Assembly (NCBI GenBank): GCA_050117845.1
Contig: JASFLY010000012.1
Coordinates: 1 to 64,000, forward strand
Source of the DNA: Candidatus Zixiibacteriota bacterium
Lineage (GTDB): Bacteria > RBG-13-66-14 > B26-G2 > WVWN01
Direction of reading: 5' to 3'
DNA: 64,000 nt
In this document: one piece after another, positions 38,471 through 47,804 of the stretch
Layout: the number at the start of each line of letters is the position of its first letter
Numbering within the stretch: the first letter of the stretch is position 1
Position numbers and translations under genes: made by a program
The notes under the pieces: generated by a model
Seen by the model: only the letters and a program-made list of their open reading frames with translations
Databases searched by the model: none
Told to the model about the DNA's origin: nothing

Positions 38471-38944
38471 TTACAGCTTGACCAACCGTTTCTCGTAATC
38501 GGCGACGACGTGTTTCTTGCCCCTTGCGATTACCTCGTGCCCCTCGGCCTCGAGCTTCGCCGTCTGCCCCTCGACGCCGCCGGGGTACTTCTCGTTGACG
38601 ACGCCGCCCTTCTTGAGGGTCCTCCAGTAGGGCGTGATGCGCTTCCGGCCTTCGGCCGCGTCCTCCTCTGCCGCGCGAGCCGCGATACCGGCGAAGATGC
38701 CGGTCGTGATGGGACAGGCGATATCGGCGCCGTGCCGCCGAGCCAGCTCCGCCCGAATCTCGTTGATGGTCGTAAGCCCGCCCTTGCGAACCTTCTTCAT
38801 GAGTTCGTCCACTTCCCGCGGCGCCGGTATAACGCAGGTCCCCTCGCCCCAGCGTTTACTCATCCGCTCATCTATCTCGATTACCTTGGGCAGATCCTTG
38901 TCGTCGGCGAGTTTCTCGCGGTAGGATTTCTTGAGTTTGGCCAC
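38471..38944 (-). CDS. MGMT/alkyltransferase-like (ATL) DNA-binding protein
   Basis: V..G.LTT, ACPITTG, TPYWRTL (no catalytic PCHR Cys), Q...L..EG. Confidence 0.7.
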   Translation of the reverse strand: MAKLKKSYREKLADDKDLPKVIEIDERMSKRWGEGTCVIPAPREVDELMKKVRKGGLTTINEIRAELARRHGADIACPITTGIFAGIAARAAEEDAAEGRKRITPYWRTLKKGGVVNEKYPGGVEGQTAKLEAEGHEVIARGKKHVVADYEKRLVKL

Positions 38945-38981
38945 GGTTACCTCCCGCCCAGCCCCGCGGCCGGGCCGCTCG

Positions 38982-39923
38982 TTATTCGGCTTCTTTCAGC
39001 CAGACCGTATTCGCGTCGAAATCCGCGAAAACTTTATTGTTTATAAAGAAATCGTAACCCATCACGCCATTGCCCATGTACCCGGCCATATCGGTTATCA
39101 CACAGTCGTGCTCCCCCAGCGGGTGCTCGCCGAGGGACAGGTCGATTTTAAAGAAGAGAACCTCTTGCCCCGTTCGCTCGTTGACGACGACGTTCTCGAC
39201 GGGGATGGCGTAGCATTCGACTATCGCCTCGGCGAGTTCGGAGCCGGCGGGGATGGCGGTGGCGTTCGAGCCGGTGTCGAGGCCGATGCGGTACTCGCCG
39301 GTTAAGCCCCCGAAACGGACGTCGAATTGCTGGGCGCCGGAATACTCACAACGGAACCACCCCTCGTCGGCGATGAAGGCCGGGACCTCCCCCTTGCGGT
39401 AGAGCGTCATCTTCCGGGCCCCGTAATCTATGAGGACGTTGAAGTTGCGCAGGAGGCCCAGGCCGACGTAACCGTCGAAGCCGGGGGGCGACGTCAGGTT
39501 CTCGTAGGCCGGGACGTCAGTAAGCTCGAGGCCGCCGACGGTGAACGACGGGATGGTAAACTCCCGGGCGCGGTAGAGCTTCCCCTCGGCGTCGCGATGC
39601 GTGACAGCTCCGCCGGTGTAGGTGACATCCAAGCGCTCGAGCGCCGCCGGCGTGAGCGTAACCGTGGCCCAGCCGGCGCCGGTGTCCAGCATCAAGTCGA
39701 AGCCCTGGCCCTGGATGACGGGGCGTATTATGGCGTAGCGGCCGTCGTGGCCGCCGAAGGACAGGGGGACCTCGGTCGGCGCGAAGCCGACCAGATCCCT
39801 CTCGGCGACGACGTAGGGAGCGCGGTGGCCGAAGCAACCGCCGAGGGCGACGGCCAGGATCAAAAGACTCGACCAAACGCGGGGGCGGTAGTCCGGTTTT
39901 ACGGGTATTATGTGGTCAGGCAT
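38982..39923 (-). CDS. Two-lobed aspartyl protease, putative lipoprotein
   Basis: LDTGA and LDTGS, GYVGL and GVMGYDF, lipobox-like LGGC. Confidence 0.8.
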   Translation of the reverse strand: MPDHIIPVKPDYRPRVWSSLLILAVALGGCFGHRAPYVVAERDLVGFAPTEVPLSFGGHDGRYAIIRPVIQGQGFDLMLDTGAGWATVTLTPAALERLDVTYTGGAVTHRDAEGKLYRAREFTIPSFTVGGLELTDVPAYENLTSPPGFDGYVGLGLLRNFNVLIDYGARKMTLYRKGEVPAFIADEGWFRCEYSGAQQFDVRFGGLTGEYRIGLDTGSNATAIPAGSELAEAIVECYAIPVENVVVNERTGQEVLFFKIDLSLGEHPLGEHDCVITDMAGYMGNGVMGYDFFINNKVFADFDANTVWLKEAE

Positions 39924-40093
39924 CGCGGCCCGTATGAATAAAGGCCCTCGAGAGGGCCCGGGTTTAATATGATCGCTCGTATCTGAACAACCCGACTTGA
40001 TTTTGCGTACGATTAGATCGACGAGGAAAACACCCCCCGCCCCCTTTCGCCCGCCTCACCTTGAAGCAGATACTCAAAGGTGATGATTTATCC

Positions 40094-40498
40094 CTACCCA
40101 TTAATCGGCGTATCCCTTTTAATAGCTTTCGGCCCTTTGGCCACGATAAAAAACGCCCAGGCCAAAACGAGCGCGACCGGCGCCCAGATTTTCTCCCAGC
40201 CGCTCGGGGAAATAACGTTCATAATAACGTTCAGGCAGAAAAATGCGAATATAATCCAGGCGGCGATGCGGAAGCCCTTGGATTCGGGCTTGGCCACCCT
40301 TTTCCCGGCTATCCAGGCCATCAGTACGTAGATAATAATTGAACTCGCGGAGGCAATGCGGTATTCGAGAGGTAAGACTTCGTTGCCCCCGCCCCAAGCG
40401 GCCGCACCCCAGGGCATGCCGGCAATCAGCGCGACCTGAAAACAGGCCAAGATAGCGAGAAGGACAATAATGATTATTAACGCATAATTACTTTTCAT
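40094..40498 (-). CDS. Small 4-TM hypothetical membrane protein
   Basis: FQ.AL..G.PWG.AAWGG pattern and four hydrophobic segments; low GC. Confidence 0.8.
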   Translation of the reverse strand: MKSNYALIIIIVLLAILACFQVALIAGMPWGAAAWGGGNEVLPLEYRIASASSIIIYVLMAWIAGKRVAKPESKGFRIAAWIIFAFFCLNVIMNVISPSGWEKIWAPVALVLAWAFFIVAKGPKAIKRDTPING

Positions 40499-40616
40499 TA
40501 TTAGACCAAGTTTTTTTAATTATTAATCCAACGAAACACACCGCTACCGTACTCAACGGTACACGCGGCGCCCCCGATCAACACGATAACGCCTATAGAT
40601 TTAGGGGGATATTTTA

Positions 40617-40705
40617 TGGCGGAGAGGGTGGGATTTGAACCCACGAGGCCCAACGGGCCCACACGCTCTCCAGGCGTGCTCCTTAAGCCGCTCGGACACC
40701 TCTCC
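40617..40705 (-). tRNA. tRNA-Ser(GGA), CCA encoded
   Basis: GGAGAGG acceptor stem, CACGC-CTGGAGA-GCGTG anticodon arm, long variable arm, GGTTCAAATCC, ends GCCA. Confidence 0.95.
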
Positions 40706-40733
40706 GCGTAATCGTATTCTGTTTTCGGCCCCT

Positions 40734-40985
40734 TTAATTGCGTATCGCCCGGGCCTCGCCCTCGATGGCGCGGCGGGCCGCTTGCGCCTCCCCCGCGTCC
40801 CAGTCGTCGCCGGCCCGTACCGTAACCGGCACCAGAACGCCGTCGTGTTCGACGAGACAGCGGAAGGGCCGGCCGAAGAGCCGCTCGCGCCGCGGCTCGG
40901 GCGGTGGGTCGGGACGCCCGGAGAGGGCCCCCAACGACGGCCGGGCCACGAAGCCCGCGACCCACAGGCGAATACGTCTACCCAT
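40734..40985 (-). CDS. Small hypothetical protein (83 aa) between two tRNA-Ser genes
   Basis: ATG-to-TAA ORF filling the spacer with GC-type codons; no SD and no recognisable motif. Confidence 0.35.
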   Translation of the reverse strand: MGRRIRLWVAGFVARPSLGALSGRPDPPPEPRRERLFGRPFRCLVEHDGVLVPVTVRAGDDWDAGEAQAARRAIEGEARAIRN

Positions 40986-40992
40986 AAATAAT

Positions 40993-41079
<87 letters not shown>

Positions 41080-41093
41080 GTATAAGCCGCGCT

Positions 41094-41122
41094 ATTCTAA
41101 TAAAAAGGGGCCGCCGCGGCAA
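41094..41122 (-). promoter_or_regulatory. sigma70 promoter of the tRNA-Ser genes
   Basis: TTGCCG-17 bp-TAGAAT. Confidence 0.6.
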
Positions 41123-41155
41123 CCCCAAATTTGCTTTTTTAGTCCATGGGCTCGT

Positions 41156-41347
41156 TTACTCGTTCGCCGAGAGCGCCTCCAGCGGGCAGGTCATGACGCA
41201 ATCGCCGCACGCCGTGCAGGAGTCGGCGTCGTACTCAAGGATGGAGCCGACAATAGACAGAGCCAACGGCGCGCATACGGCGACACAACCGCCGCAGAGG
41301 TCGCAACGGCTATGGTCGACGACGAGGTAGCCGGCGGCAACCGCCAT
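41156..41347 (-). CDS. 2[4Fe-4S] ferredoxin (63 aa)
   Basis: CDLCGGCVAVCA and CTACGDCVMTCP; TAATG overlap with the upstream stop. Confidence 0.9.
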   Translation of the reverse strand: MAVAAGYLVVDHSRCDLCGGCVAVCAPLALSIVGSILEYDADSCTACGDCVMTCPLEALSANE

Positions 41348-44300
41348 TAGAAGTCGTACCCCAACGTGAAGTGGAAGCGCGGCGGCGTCTCGACCTCGCG
41401 GAGGTTGGTCCTCCAACCCCAATCGAGTTTGACGTCGAAGTAGCCGAGCCACCACCGCAGGCCGGTGCCGAAGGCCATCTTGCCGTGGACCAGGTGCCAC
41501 CCGCCGTCCTTGGTGGCGAAGGTGAAGTCGTCGTATTTAAGGTCCTCTTTGCCGGTATACCAACGATGGTCGTCGGGGTAGGGGGAATTCGGGTCGAAAC
41601 CCCACGCGGTCCCGAGATCCACGAAGAAGAGCGTCCTGAACCCACCCAGGACCAACCCCTCGACCGGCCATACGATATAGTCGATTATCGGCATGCGGAA
41701 CTCGAAACTCCCCAGGCCGAACTGGTTACCGTAAATCTGGTAATAACGGTACCCGCGCAGGTTCGAGCCGCCGCCGAGGTAGAAGTTTTGAGGGTCCCGG
41801 CCGGTGGAGATACCCCCGGCCAGACGGAAGGCCAGGCTCACCCGGTCGGAGACACGCACGTAACGGCGGAGGTCCAGCACCTGCTCGGTGTAGTATTCGG
41901 AGGAATCCGTAACGGGGGTCGTCTGCCGCACGGTGTAGGACATGCGCATCCCGGCGTTGGGATGGTAGTAGCCCCACTGCGTCGTGTCGCGGACGAAGGC
42001 CCCGATGACGCCGAGGATATTATCGTCCCGCGGCGGGATGTACCGTTCCTCCGGATCGTAGAAGTAATCCGTCCGGCGGTCGTAGCCGAAGACGCCGCCC
42101 TCGACGCGGTTGCGCTTGTTCAGCGGGTACGACGCGATGGCGGAGCCGCCGGATACGCGGCGGTCGAACGCCACGTCCGTCGCGATGTAGTATTCCTGCC
42201 ACGTCAGCGCGGAGAATATGTAGGACGTGCGTCGCGTCAGGTAATAGTAGTCGATAGCCACGTCGATGTCGTGGAAAGAGCCGATGGTCGTCAAGTCGAA
42301 TAGGAGGTCGATGCGGTGGCTGCCGAGGATGTCGCTTAGGCCCAGTACGGTGTAGTTGGTGAACTCGCCGCCGGTGGTGTAGGCGAAGGTGGTATTGAGG
42401 TAATCCGGGCTGAACTTGACGCCGTATTTGCGGGTATCGTCGAGGCGCTCGGAGACGGTGAGAGCCCGGACCGTCGGCGGCGACGCGTAGGTTTCGGCCT
42501 CGGCGCCTTCGTCCGCGTCTCCCGTTTCCACGCCCTCCTCCAGGGGTTCTTCGGCCGCCGTCTCGGCCTCCTCCGGGTCCGGGACCTCCGGCATAACCTC
42601 CTCGCCGGCCGTTTCGGCCTCGAGGACGGCGAGGGCGAGTTCTTCGCCGGTGACGATTTCACCCTCGGCCTCGCTCGTTAGTGCGGCCTCGGCTTCGCCT
42701 TCCGCTTCGGGTTCGGGTTCGGGTTCTACAACCGGCGGCGGGTCGTCGCCGTAGCGGGCGAGCCAGGCCTCGTAGCCGTAGTCGTCCGGCCCCGGCCTCT
42801 CGATCGCAACTTCGCCGACGGGTTCGTCCAACCAGGGCATGCTCCAGAGGGAGTAGGTGAACTTCTCGTAGGCCGTGAACGCGACCGTTTCGCCGTCGGG
42901 GGACCAGGTCGCGTCCATGACACCGGTAACGACGTCGGTGTGCTTCCCCACTTCCCGCGTCGCGAGGTCCATCACGTAGATGTTGTAAATACCGTCGTCC
43001 CGGTTGGAGCAGAACATCATCCGAGTGCCGTCCGGCGACAGCCGGGGGGAACGATTCTCGTAATTGGAGAAGGTTATCTGCTCCTCGTCGGTGCCGTCGG
43101 GCCGCACGCGGAAGATATTATTGAAGGCCTCGCGTTCGGACGCGTAATAAATGTACTCGCCGTCGGGGGACCAGGCGGGATAGCCCTCGGAATAGAAGTC
43201 GTCCGTTACGCGGTCGACGCGGCCTGTGGCGACGTCCAGGACGTAGATGTCGCGCTTCTCGCGCTCGACGCCGGCGAACGCGATTTTCGTCCCGTCCGGG
43301 GAATAGGCCGGCGCCAGGATATCTTCGAACTCAGGGTTGTAGCGCCGGACGATTTCGCGGTTGAAGATGTTCAGGATATATATCTGGTCGAACGTATCCT
43401 TCTTGCCGACGAAGGCGATGAAGTTGCCATCCGGGGACCAGCTTAGGCCGTTCTGCATGTAGAGGATGTACTCGTATTCCGAGAGCGCGTACCCCTTGGT
43501 AAGGTTGTCGAACTTCTCGCCGGTCTCGGCGTTGACCAGGAAGATATCGAGGAAACGTTCCTTGATGGTCATGCAGGCGACGAGGTCGCCGGAAGGAGAC
43601 CAGTTGGGCTGGAAGTACGAGATGTATTCACGGCGGTCGTCAACGGGCGAGAGCTGAGTGGCGAAGTCCTTCAGCTGGTCGTGCTCCGCGATGGACGGCC
43701 AATAACGCTTGCGGAGCCACACCTTCCAATCCTCGTTGAGGTCGTCCTGTTTGATGCCGAACGAGTCCTCCAGCGCGCCGTCGGGCCGCCTAAGAGCGCT
43801 CGCCCCGAAGGACTGCAGGAGTTCGGCGGGCGCGTCGGGGCCGTAGGTTTCGACCAGGTATTCCATAATGGACTGGCCCAGCTTGTAACCGAGATAGGCG
43901 AAGGGCAGCATGCTGAAGCTGCTCATATATTGCAAATCGGGGAGGTTGTCGCTCATGACGGCGTCCCGGAGGATCATATCGCCGTCGGGCGAATCGTCGC
44001 CGCAGTAGTATTCCGCCTGCCCTTCCATGAACCAATCCGGCGGCGCCGTCACGGTGAAGACCGAACCGAAGGTCGGGAACAACAGACCTATCTGGAACTC
44101 GTGCACCATTTCGTGGTGCAACGTCGTCTCGAACTGGCGCTGGGATCCGTTGTACGGCATTACCAGCCGGTTCTTTATCGGTTCCGTCAGGCCGCCGATG
44201 GCCTCGCCGCTCACCGGGCTGATGTTGTTCTGTTCGAAGTGCCGCGGCGACATATAGATGACGATGGGGACGCGTTTTTTAAGGTCGAAGCCGAGGTCGT

Positions 44301-44526
44301 TCGAAACCTCGTCGTACGAGGCTTCGGCCACTTCGGCGGTCCAGTCGAGGAGGAAATTCTCCTCCTCGTAATAGTATATGTCGAAATGGTCGGTGGGGAG
44401 GACCCGCCACGAGAACTTCTCGTTGCGGACGGAATTTTTGCCGAACGCGCCGGCGAACGACGCGTTTAGGAGTATTAAAAGGGCCGCGAGGCCCATCGTC
44501 GTCAGTTTAAAATTTCGCCAATCCAC
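41347..44526 (-). CDS. Peptidase MA-like domain + PD40/TolB beta-propeller + Omp85 (BamA/TamA-like) barrel fusion
   Basis: HEMVH...WFMEGQAEY; repeated P.WSPDG; LGGGSNLRGY and F.D.G Omp85 motifs; C-terminal FTLGYDF. Confidence 0.85.
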   Translation of the reverse strand: MDWRNFKLTTMGLAALLILLNASFAGAFGKNSVRNEKFSWRVLPTDHFDIYYYEEENFLLDWTAEVAEASYDEVSNDLGFDLKKRVPIVIYMSPRHFEQNNISPVSGEAIGGLTEPIKNRLVMPYNGSQRQFETTLHHEMVHEFQIGLLFPTFGSVFTVTAPPDWFMEGQAEYYCGDDSPDGDMILRDAVMSDNLPDLQYMSSFSMLPFAYLGYKLGQSIMEYLVETYGPDAPAELLQSFGASALRRPDGALEDSFGIKQDDLNEDWKVWLRKRYWPSIAEHDQLKDFATQLSPVDDRREYISYFQPNWSPSGDLVACMTIKERFLDIFLVNAETGEKFDNLTKGYALSEYEYILYMQNGLSWSPDGNFIAFVGKKDTFDQIYILNIFNREIVRRYNPEFEDILAPAYSPDGTKIAFAGVEREKRDIYVLDVATGRVDRVTDDFYSEGYPAWSPDGEYIYYASEREAFNNIFRVRPDGTDEEQITFSNYENRSPRLSPDGTRMMFCSNRDDGIYNIYVMDLATREVGKHTDVVTGVMDATWSPDGETVAFTAYEKFTYSLWSMPWLDEPVGEVAIERPGPDDYGYEAWLARYGDDPPPVVEPEPEPEAEGEAEAALTSEAEGEIVTGEELALAVLEAETAGEEVMPEVPDPEEAETAAEEPLEEGVETGDADEGAEAETYASPPTVRALTVSERLDDTRKYGVKFSPDYLNTTFAYTTGGEFTNYTVLGLSDILGSHRIDLLFDLTTIGSFHDIDVAIDYYYLTRRTSYIFSALTWQEYYIATDVAFDRRVSGGSAIASYPLNKRNRVEGGVFGYDRRTDYFYDPEERYIPPRDDNILGVIGAFVRDTTQWGYYHPNAGMRMSYTVRQTTPVTDSSEYYTEQVLDLRRYVRVSDRVSLAFRLAGGISTGRDPQNFYLGGGSNLRGYRYYQIYGNQFGLGSFEFRMPIIDYIVWPVEGLVLGGFRTLFFVDLGTAWGFDPNSPYPDDHRWYTGKEDLKYDDFTFATKDGGWHLVHGKMAFGTGLRWWLGYFDVKLDWGWRTNLREVETPPRFHFTLGYDF

Positions 44527-45259
44527 GGGGTTCCGCCACTTCGTGGGGTTGCAGGGTGTAAACGAAATCGTCCACGGCCTCGCCGAGGAGTTCTTCGAAT
44601 ATCTCTTTCTCCTCCAGCGAGGCGACGGTAACTTCGTCCTGTTCGTAGGTCCGCATCGTCGTCGTCTCGAATTCCCGGCGGCGCATCAGCCTTCCGGTCC
44701 GAACGTCGAAGGCCTTCACCGTGAGTTCGAGCGTAAACCTCAGGTTTACGTCCATATAACGGGTGGCGTACGCGGTTCCGTACTCGAAGGGAGCGATGGT
44801 CTGGTTGTCGGACGTGTACAACTCGTTGCGAACGTCGCCCTCCGGGCTGTAGGTCCGGCGTACCAGTTCGACCTTGCCCACGAGAACGGCGTCCACACCC
44901 AGGTCCTCGCCCAACGCCAATACCTGATCCCGGTTCGCGGGGTCGAAATAATCGACGCGGTCGAGCGCCGCTTCTACCGTCTCCGACGGTTCGACGAGGA
45001 AGGAGTCCTCCTCCTCCATCGTCTCGCGAAGGGTTTTGGCGGCCAGCAGGCCGTCGTCCTCGTCCCCCTCGAAGGGCAGCACCGCTACCCGCTTGTACAC
45101 CGAAGGGTCGAGGTCCGGCGGCTTCTGCACCTGTATGACGACGAAGCCGGAGTGCCGGCAGGCCCCGCCGGCGACCAGGGCCGCGGCGACCGCCCCGAGC
45201 GCGAGTATCCGCACGCCGGCCCGGCGCGCGCCCTTAAAGCTGGTCGGCGTAATTCTCAA
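44507..45259 (-). CDS. Lipoprotein with CsgG/TolB-N-like fold (start at 45259 or GTG 45214)
   Basis: Lipobox GGAC, RVAVLPFE, LG..LGVDAVL.G, DV.TG. Confidence 0.7.
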   Translation of the reverse strand: MRITPTSFKGARRAGVRILALGAVAAALVAGGACRHSGFVVIQVQKPPDLDPSVYKRVAVLPFEGDEDDGLLAAKTLRETMEEEDSFLVEPSETVEAALDRVDYFDPANRDQVLALGEDLGVDAVLVGKVELVRRTYSPEGDVRNELYTSDNQTIAPFEYGTAYATRYMDVNLRFTLELTVKAFDVRTGRLMRRREFETTTMRTYEQDEVTVASLEEKEIFEELLGEAVDDFVYTLQPHEVAEPRGLAKF

Positions 45260-45260
45260 A

Positions 45261-45728
45261 TCAGTTCAACCCGTATTTCTTTTTATCCTGCCTTACCTGG
45301 GCGTTGATCTGGGCCCGCAACTCGGCGCTTTCGGCCAGGAGTTTCGCCAGCCGGTCGCGGCGTTCGGTCCCGCCCTCTTCCCGGTATTCCTTCGCCACCA
45401 TCAACGCCAGGAGCATTTTATCGATATAGAGGATATAACCCTCGTTTATCTCGTTGGTACGGTCGTCGTAGGTCAGGACCGAATCGAAGCCCTCCCGGGC
45501 CTTGACCAGACGCGATTTTATGTCCTCCGCCGCCTCGACCGGAAAACCCCGGTCCGACAGGTCCATCTTCTCCGCGTCGGCCGCGATGCTATTGAGCGAA
45601 CTTATCAGCGTCGACGCGGTGACGTAATAATCGACGAACGCCTCTTTGCCCGCAGCCCCGGCCGCGGGGGCCAGGACGGCCAAAACCGCCCCTATTATTA
45701 CTACACTCGTAATTATGTCTCGCATCAT
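45261..45728 (-). CDS. Hypothetical exported helical protein
   Basis: Signal peptide; contiguous with the downstream genes. Confidence 0.7.
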   Translation of the reverse strand: MMRDIITSVVIIGAVLAVLAPAAGAAGKEAFVDYYVTASTLISSLNSIAADAEKMDLSDRGFPVEAAEDIKSRLVKAREGFDSVLTYDDRTNEINEGYILYIDKMLLALMVAKEYREEGGTERRDRLAKLLAESAELRAQINAQVRQDKKKYGLN

Positions 45729-45756
45729 AACTCCCGCAAACTCCTATCCGGGACAA

Positions 45757-45785
45757 TTTTAACACTCCGGCGGCCTCTTTGCAAC
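45757..45785 (-). promoter_or_regulatory. Putative sigma70 promoter
   Basis: TTGCAA-17 bp-TAAAAT with TG extension. Confidence 0.55.
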
Positions 45786-46000
45786 GCCAAAGCACCGCCT
45801 TTCCCGCACAGGCTGGTTACGGGAGTACGCGATTCCCCTTATTATGACGGCGGTTCTCGGGCCGCTGTTGCAATTCGCCCGGATCCCTGGCCCGGATCCG
45901 CCACCCGGGGAGCTTACGTGAATTCGACGTTTTCGGCGCCTTTGGCGTTTAATACCCCGTCCCCCCACCCCGGATATTCGCGATACTGCGCCCCGCACAA

Positions 46001-46034
46001 GAAAAAGGAGGCAGGCCCCGCCGGGGCCCGCCTC
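46001..46034 (-). terminator. Rho-independent terminator of the protease operon
   Basis: GAGGCGGGCCCC-ggc-GGGGCCTGCCTC-CTTTTT. Confidence 0.8.
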
Positions 46035-46067
46035 TCTCGATATCGGGACTACTCCGGTAGGGGTTGC

Positions 46068-47273
46068 TTAACGCGCGATGACCAGGCGCCGCGCGGATGC
46101 TTCGTTCCCCGCCTCCAGCCGGTAAATGTACACGCCCGGCGGGACGGCCCGGCCGCTCTCGTCGGCCAGGTTCCAAACGACCTCGTGTTCGCCGGCCCCG
46201 CCGCCCGTGAAGAGCGTCTTGACGCGGCGGCCGCTGAGGTCGTAGACGTCGAGCCGGCCTTCGGCCCCGTCGGCCAGCGAGAACGATATAGTAGCCTCGC
46301 TGTGCGCCGGGTTCGGGTAAGCCGAGGCCAACGCGAAGGCGGCCTTCGTGCCGGAGGGCATAGTCACCCGCACCGGCCCGAACTGCTGTTTGTGGCCGGT
46401 GAGGTCCACGGCCTCCAGAAGATACTTGTAGTCGGCGCCCAAGCGGACACCCTCGTCGGAGAAACTATACGGAGAACTTCCGGTTATGAGCGCGCCGTTC
46501 ACTTTGACGTAATCGGCTCCGGCTGCGTCCTCCATGCGGTACAGGTTGTAACCGGCGTGGTCCTCTTCCACGGCGGCCTTCCACTCCACCATTACCTCCC
46601 CTTCCCGTACGCGGGCGGTGAAGGACTCGAGCGTTACGGCCGCGTTGGGATAGAGGTAACGGATGCCATTAATGTCGTCCGAATGGAGCGTCCTCTTTCG
46701 GGTTTCACCCGGCGAGGCGTAGCCGTACATCGTCTTCTCGCTATCGCCCGGGCTGTAGAGGTCGGCCAGGACGAGGTTGTGGCCGAATTCGTGGGTGGCG
46801 ATGTTCTGGACGTCCATCTGCCCCGAGGCGCCGCTGTCGGACCAGGTATAGTTGTAGCCGTTGAAGGACACGTCGTTCTCGATAACCCGCCAATACGTGA
46901 CTTCGTCCGCCATCCAGAACTGGTTGACGGCGATGGCGCTCGCCGAGAACGGCCACGACCCCTGGCCGGAATGCGTCGGTTCGTACCAGACGCAGAGGTT
47001 GACGTTGTCATACTTCGTTTCCAGGATGCTCGAATTCGAACCGCGGCTGTTGCGGTACCACTGGTAGGTAACGTTGGACCAGGTATCCAGGGCCGATACC
47101 AGACGGGCGAACTCGTTCGAGCAGTCGGGCGTACCCAGGCTGTTGAAACGCATCGTCCAGGGCATCTGGGCCTTGGTGTGGTATACGGGCCTCCCCTGGT
47201 AATACATTACCTCGAAGGCGAAAGCCGACGCCGCCAGCGCGAATACCGAAACCAGGATAAGCGCTTTTTTCAT
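46068..47273 (-). CDS. Matrixin-like (metzincin) metalloprotease with C-terminal FlgD/T9SS-like sorting domain
   Basis: Signal peptide, ATHEFGHNLVLAD, Met-turn TMYG, LHSDDINGIRYLY, YPNP...YDLSGRRVKTL...PGVYIYRL. Confidence 0.88.
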   Translation of the reverse strand: MKKALILVSVFALAASAFAFEVMYYQGRPVYHTKAQMPWTMRFNSLGTPDCSNEFARLVSALDTWSNVTYQWYRNSRGSNSSILETKYDNVNLCVWYEPTHSGQGSWPFSASAIAVNQFWMADEVTYWRVIENDVSFNGYNYTWSDSGASGQMDVQNIATHEFGHNLVLADLYSPGDSEKTMYGYASPGETRKRTLHSDDINGIRYLYPNAAVTLESFTARVREGEVMVEWKAAVEEDHAGYNLYRMEDAAGADYVKVNGALITGSSPYSFSDEGVRLGADYKYLLEAVDLTGHKQQFGPVRVTMPSGTKAAFALASAYPNPAHSEATISFSLADGAEGRLDVYDLSGRRVKTLFTGGGAGEHEVVWNLADESGRAVPPGVYIYRLEAGNEASARRLVIAR

Positions 47274-47296
47274 GTCTATTTCCTCTCTTCGCCGGC

Positions 47297-47764
47297 TTAA
47301 CGGCCCGCAGCCGCCGCCACTTCCGCGACGTATTCGTCCAAGGTTACGCCCGCGGGCAGGACCGTCCCGTCCACGACCGATTGCTTACTCTGCACGCCGT
47401 CCGGGCAGTTGTACACGCCGCCCTCCTTCGGCGCTAGGAACAACACGACGTCCTCACCGACGCGGAAAGTCGGTTCCACCGAAACCGCGTACGCCAGGCC
47501 GTCGTACTCGCCGCCCATGTAGCGGACCGTTACGTATTCCTCGACGGTGGCGCCGACGATGGTGTCGGCCACCAGGACTTTCGCCTCTGAGTAAATTACG
47601 CCGCGGCCGTCCGGCGGGTAGGATTCGATATCCTGCACCGTTCCGGTTACGACGAGCGTCGCGTGGTCGACTAGGTCCTCGGTCGAAACGCGGACCATCG
47701 ACGCCCCGGCGACGACGGCGAACAGCGCGAGGAGCACGCCCAGCAATAAACACTTTCTCCGCAT
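47297..47764 (-). CDS. Small exported beta-rich protein (putative OB/NTR-like protease partner)
   Basis: Signal peptide; EDLV..A.LVV.G.V, V.V...GG, P.F..GE.V.LFL. RBS AGGAGG. Confidence 0.8.
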   Translation of the reverse strand: MRRKCLLLGVLLALFAVVAGASMVRVSTEDLVDHATLVVTGTVQDIESYPPDGRGVIYSEAKVLVADTIVGATVEEYVTVRYMGGEYDGLAYAVSVEPTFRVGEDVVLFLAPKEGGVYNCPDGVQSKQSVVDGTVLPAGVTLDEYVAEVAAAAGR

Positions 47765-47780
47765 TCGCTACCTCCTATTA

Positions 47781-47797
47781 GTAATGATTATCATTAC
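47781..47797. promoter_or_regulatory. Fur-family operator (perfect 8-1-8 palindrome)
   Basis: GTAATGAT-T-ATCATTAC matches the core of the classical Fur box GATAATGATwATCATTATC. Confidence 0.7.
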
Positions 47798-47804
47798 CGT
47801 TTAT

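Noticed and set aside
45790..46000. Structured RNA or small ORF between the protease terminator and the next promoter
   Set aside because: Only short GC-rich palindromes; no recognisable RNA family or credible ORF.
45036..47300. 754-aa plus-strand ORF, and similar long ORFs such as 19534-21048, 34519-36222 and 12946-14184
   Set aside because: These are antisense or alternate-frame shadows of well-supported genes, expected at high GC; they carry no motifs.
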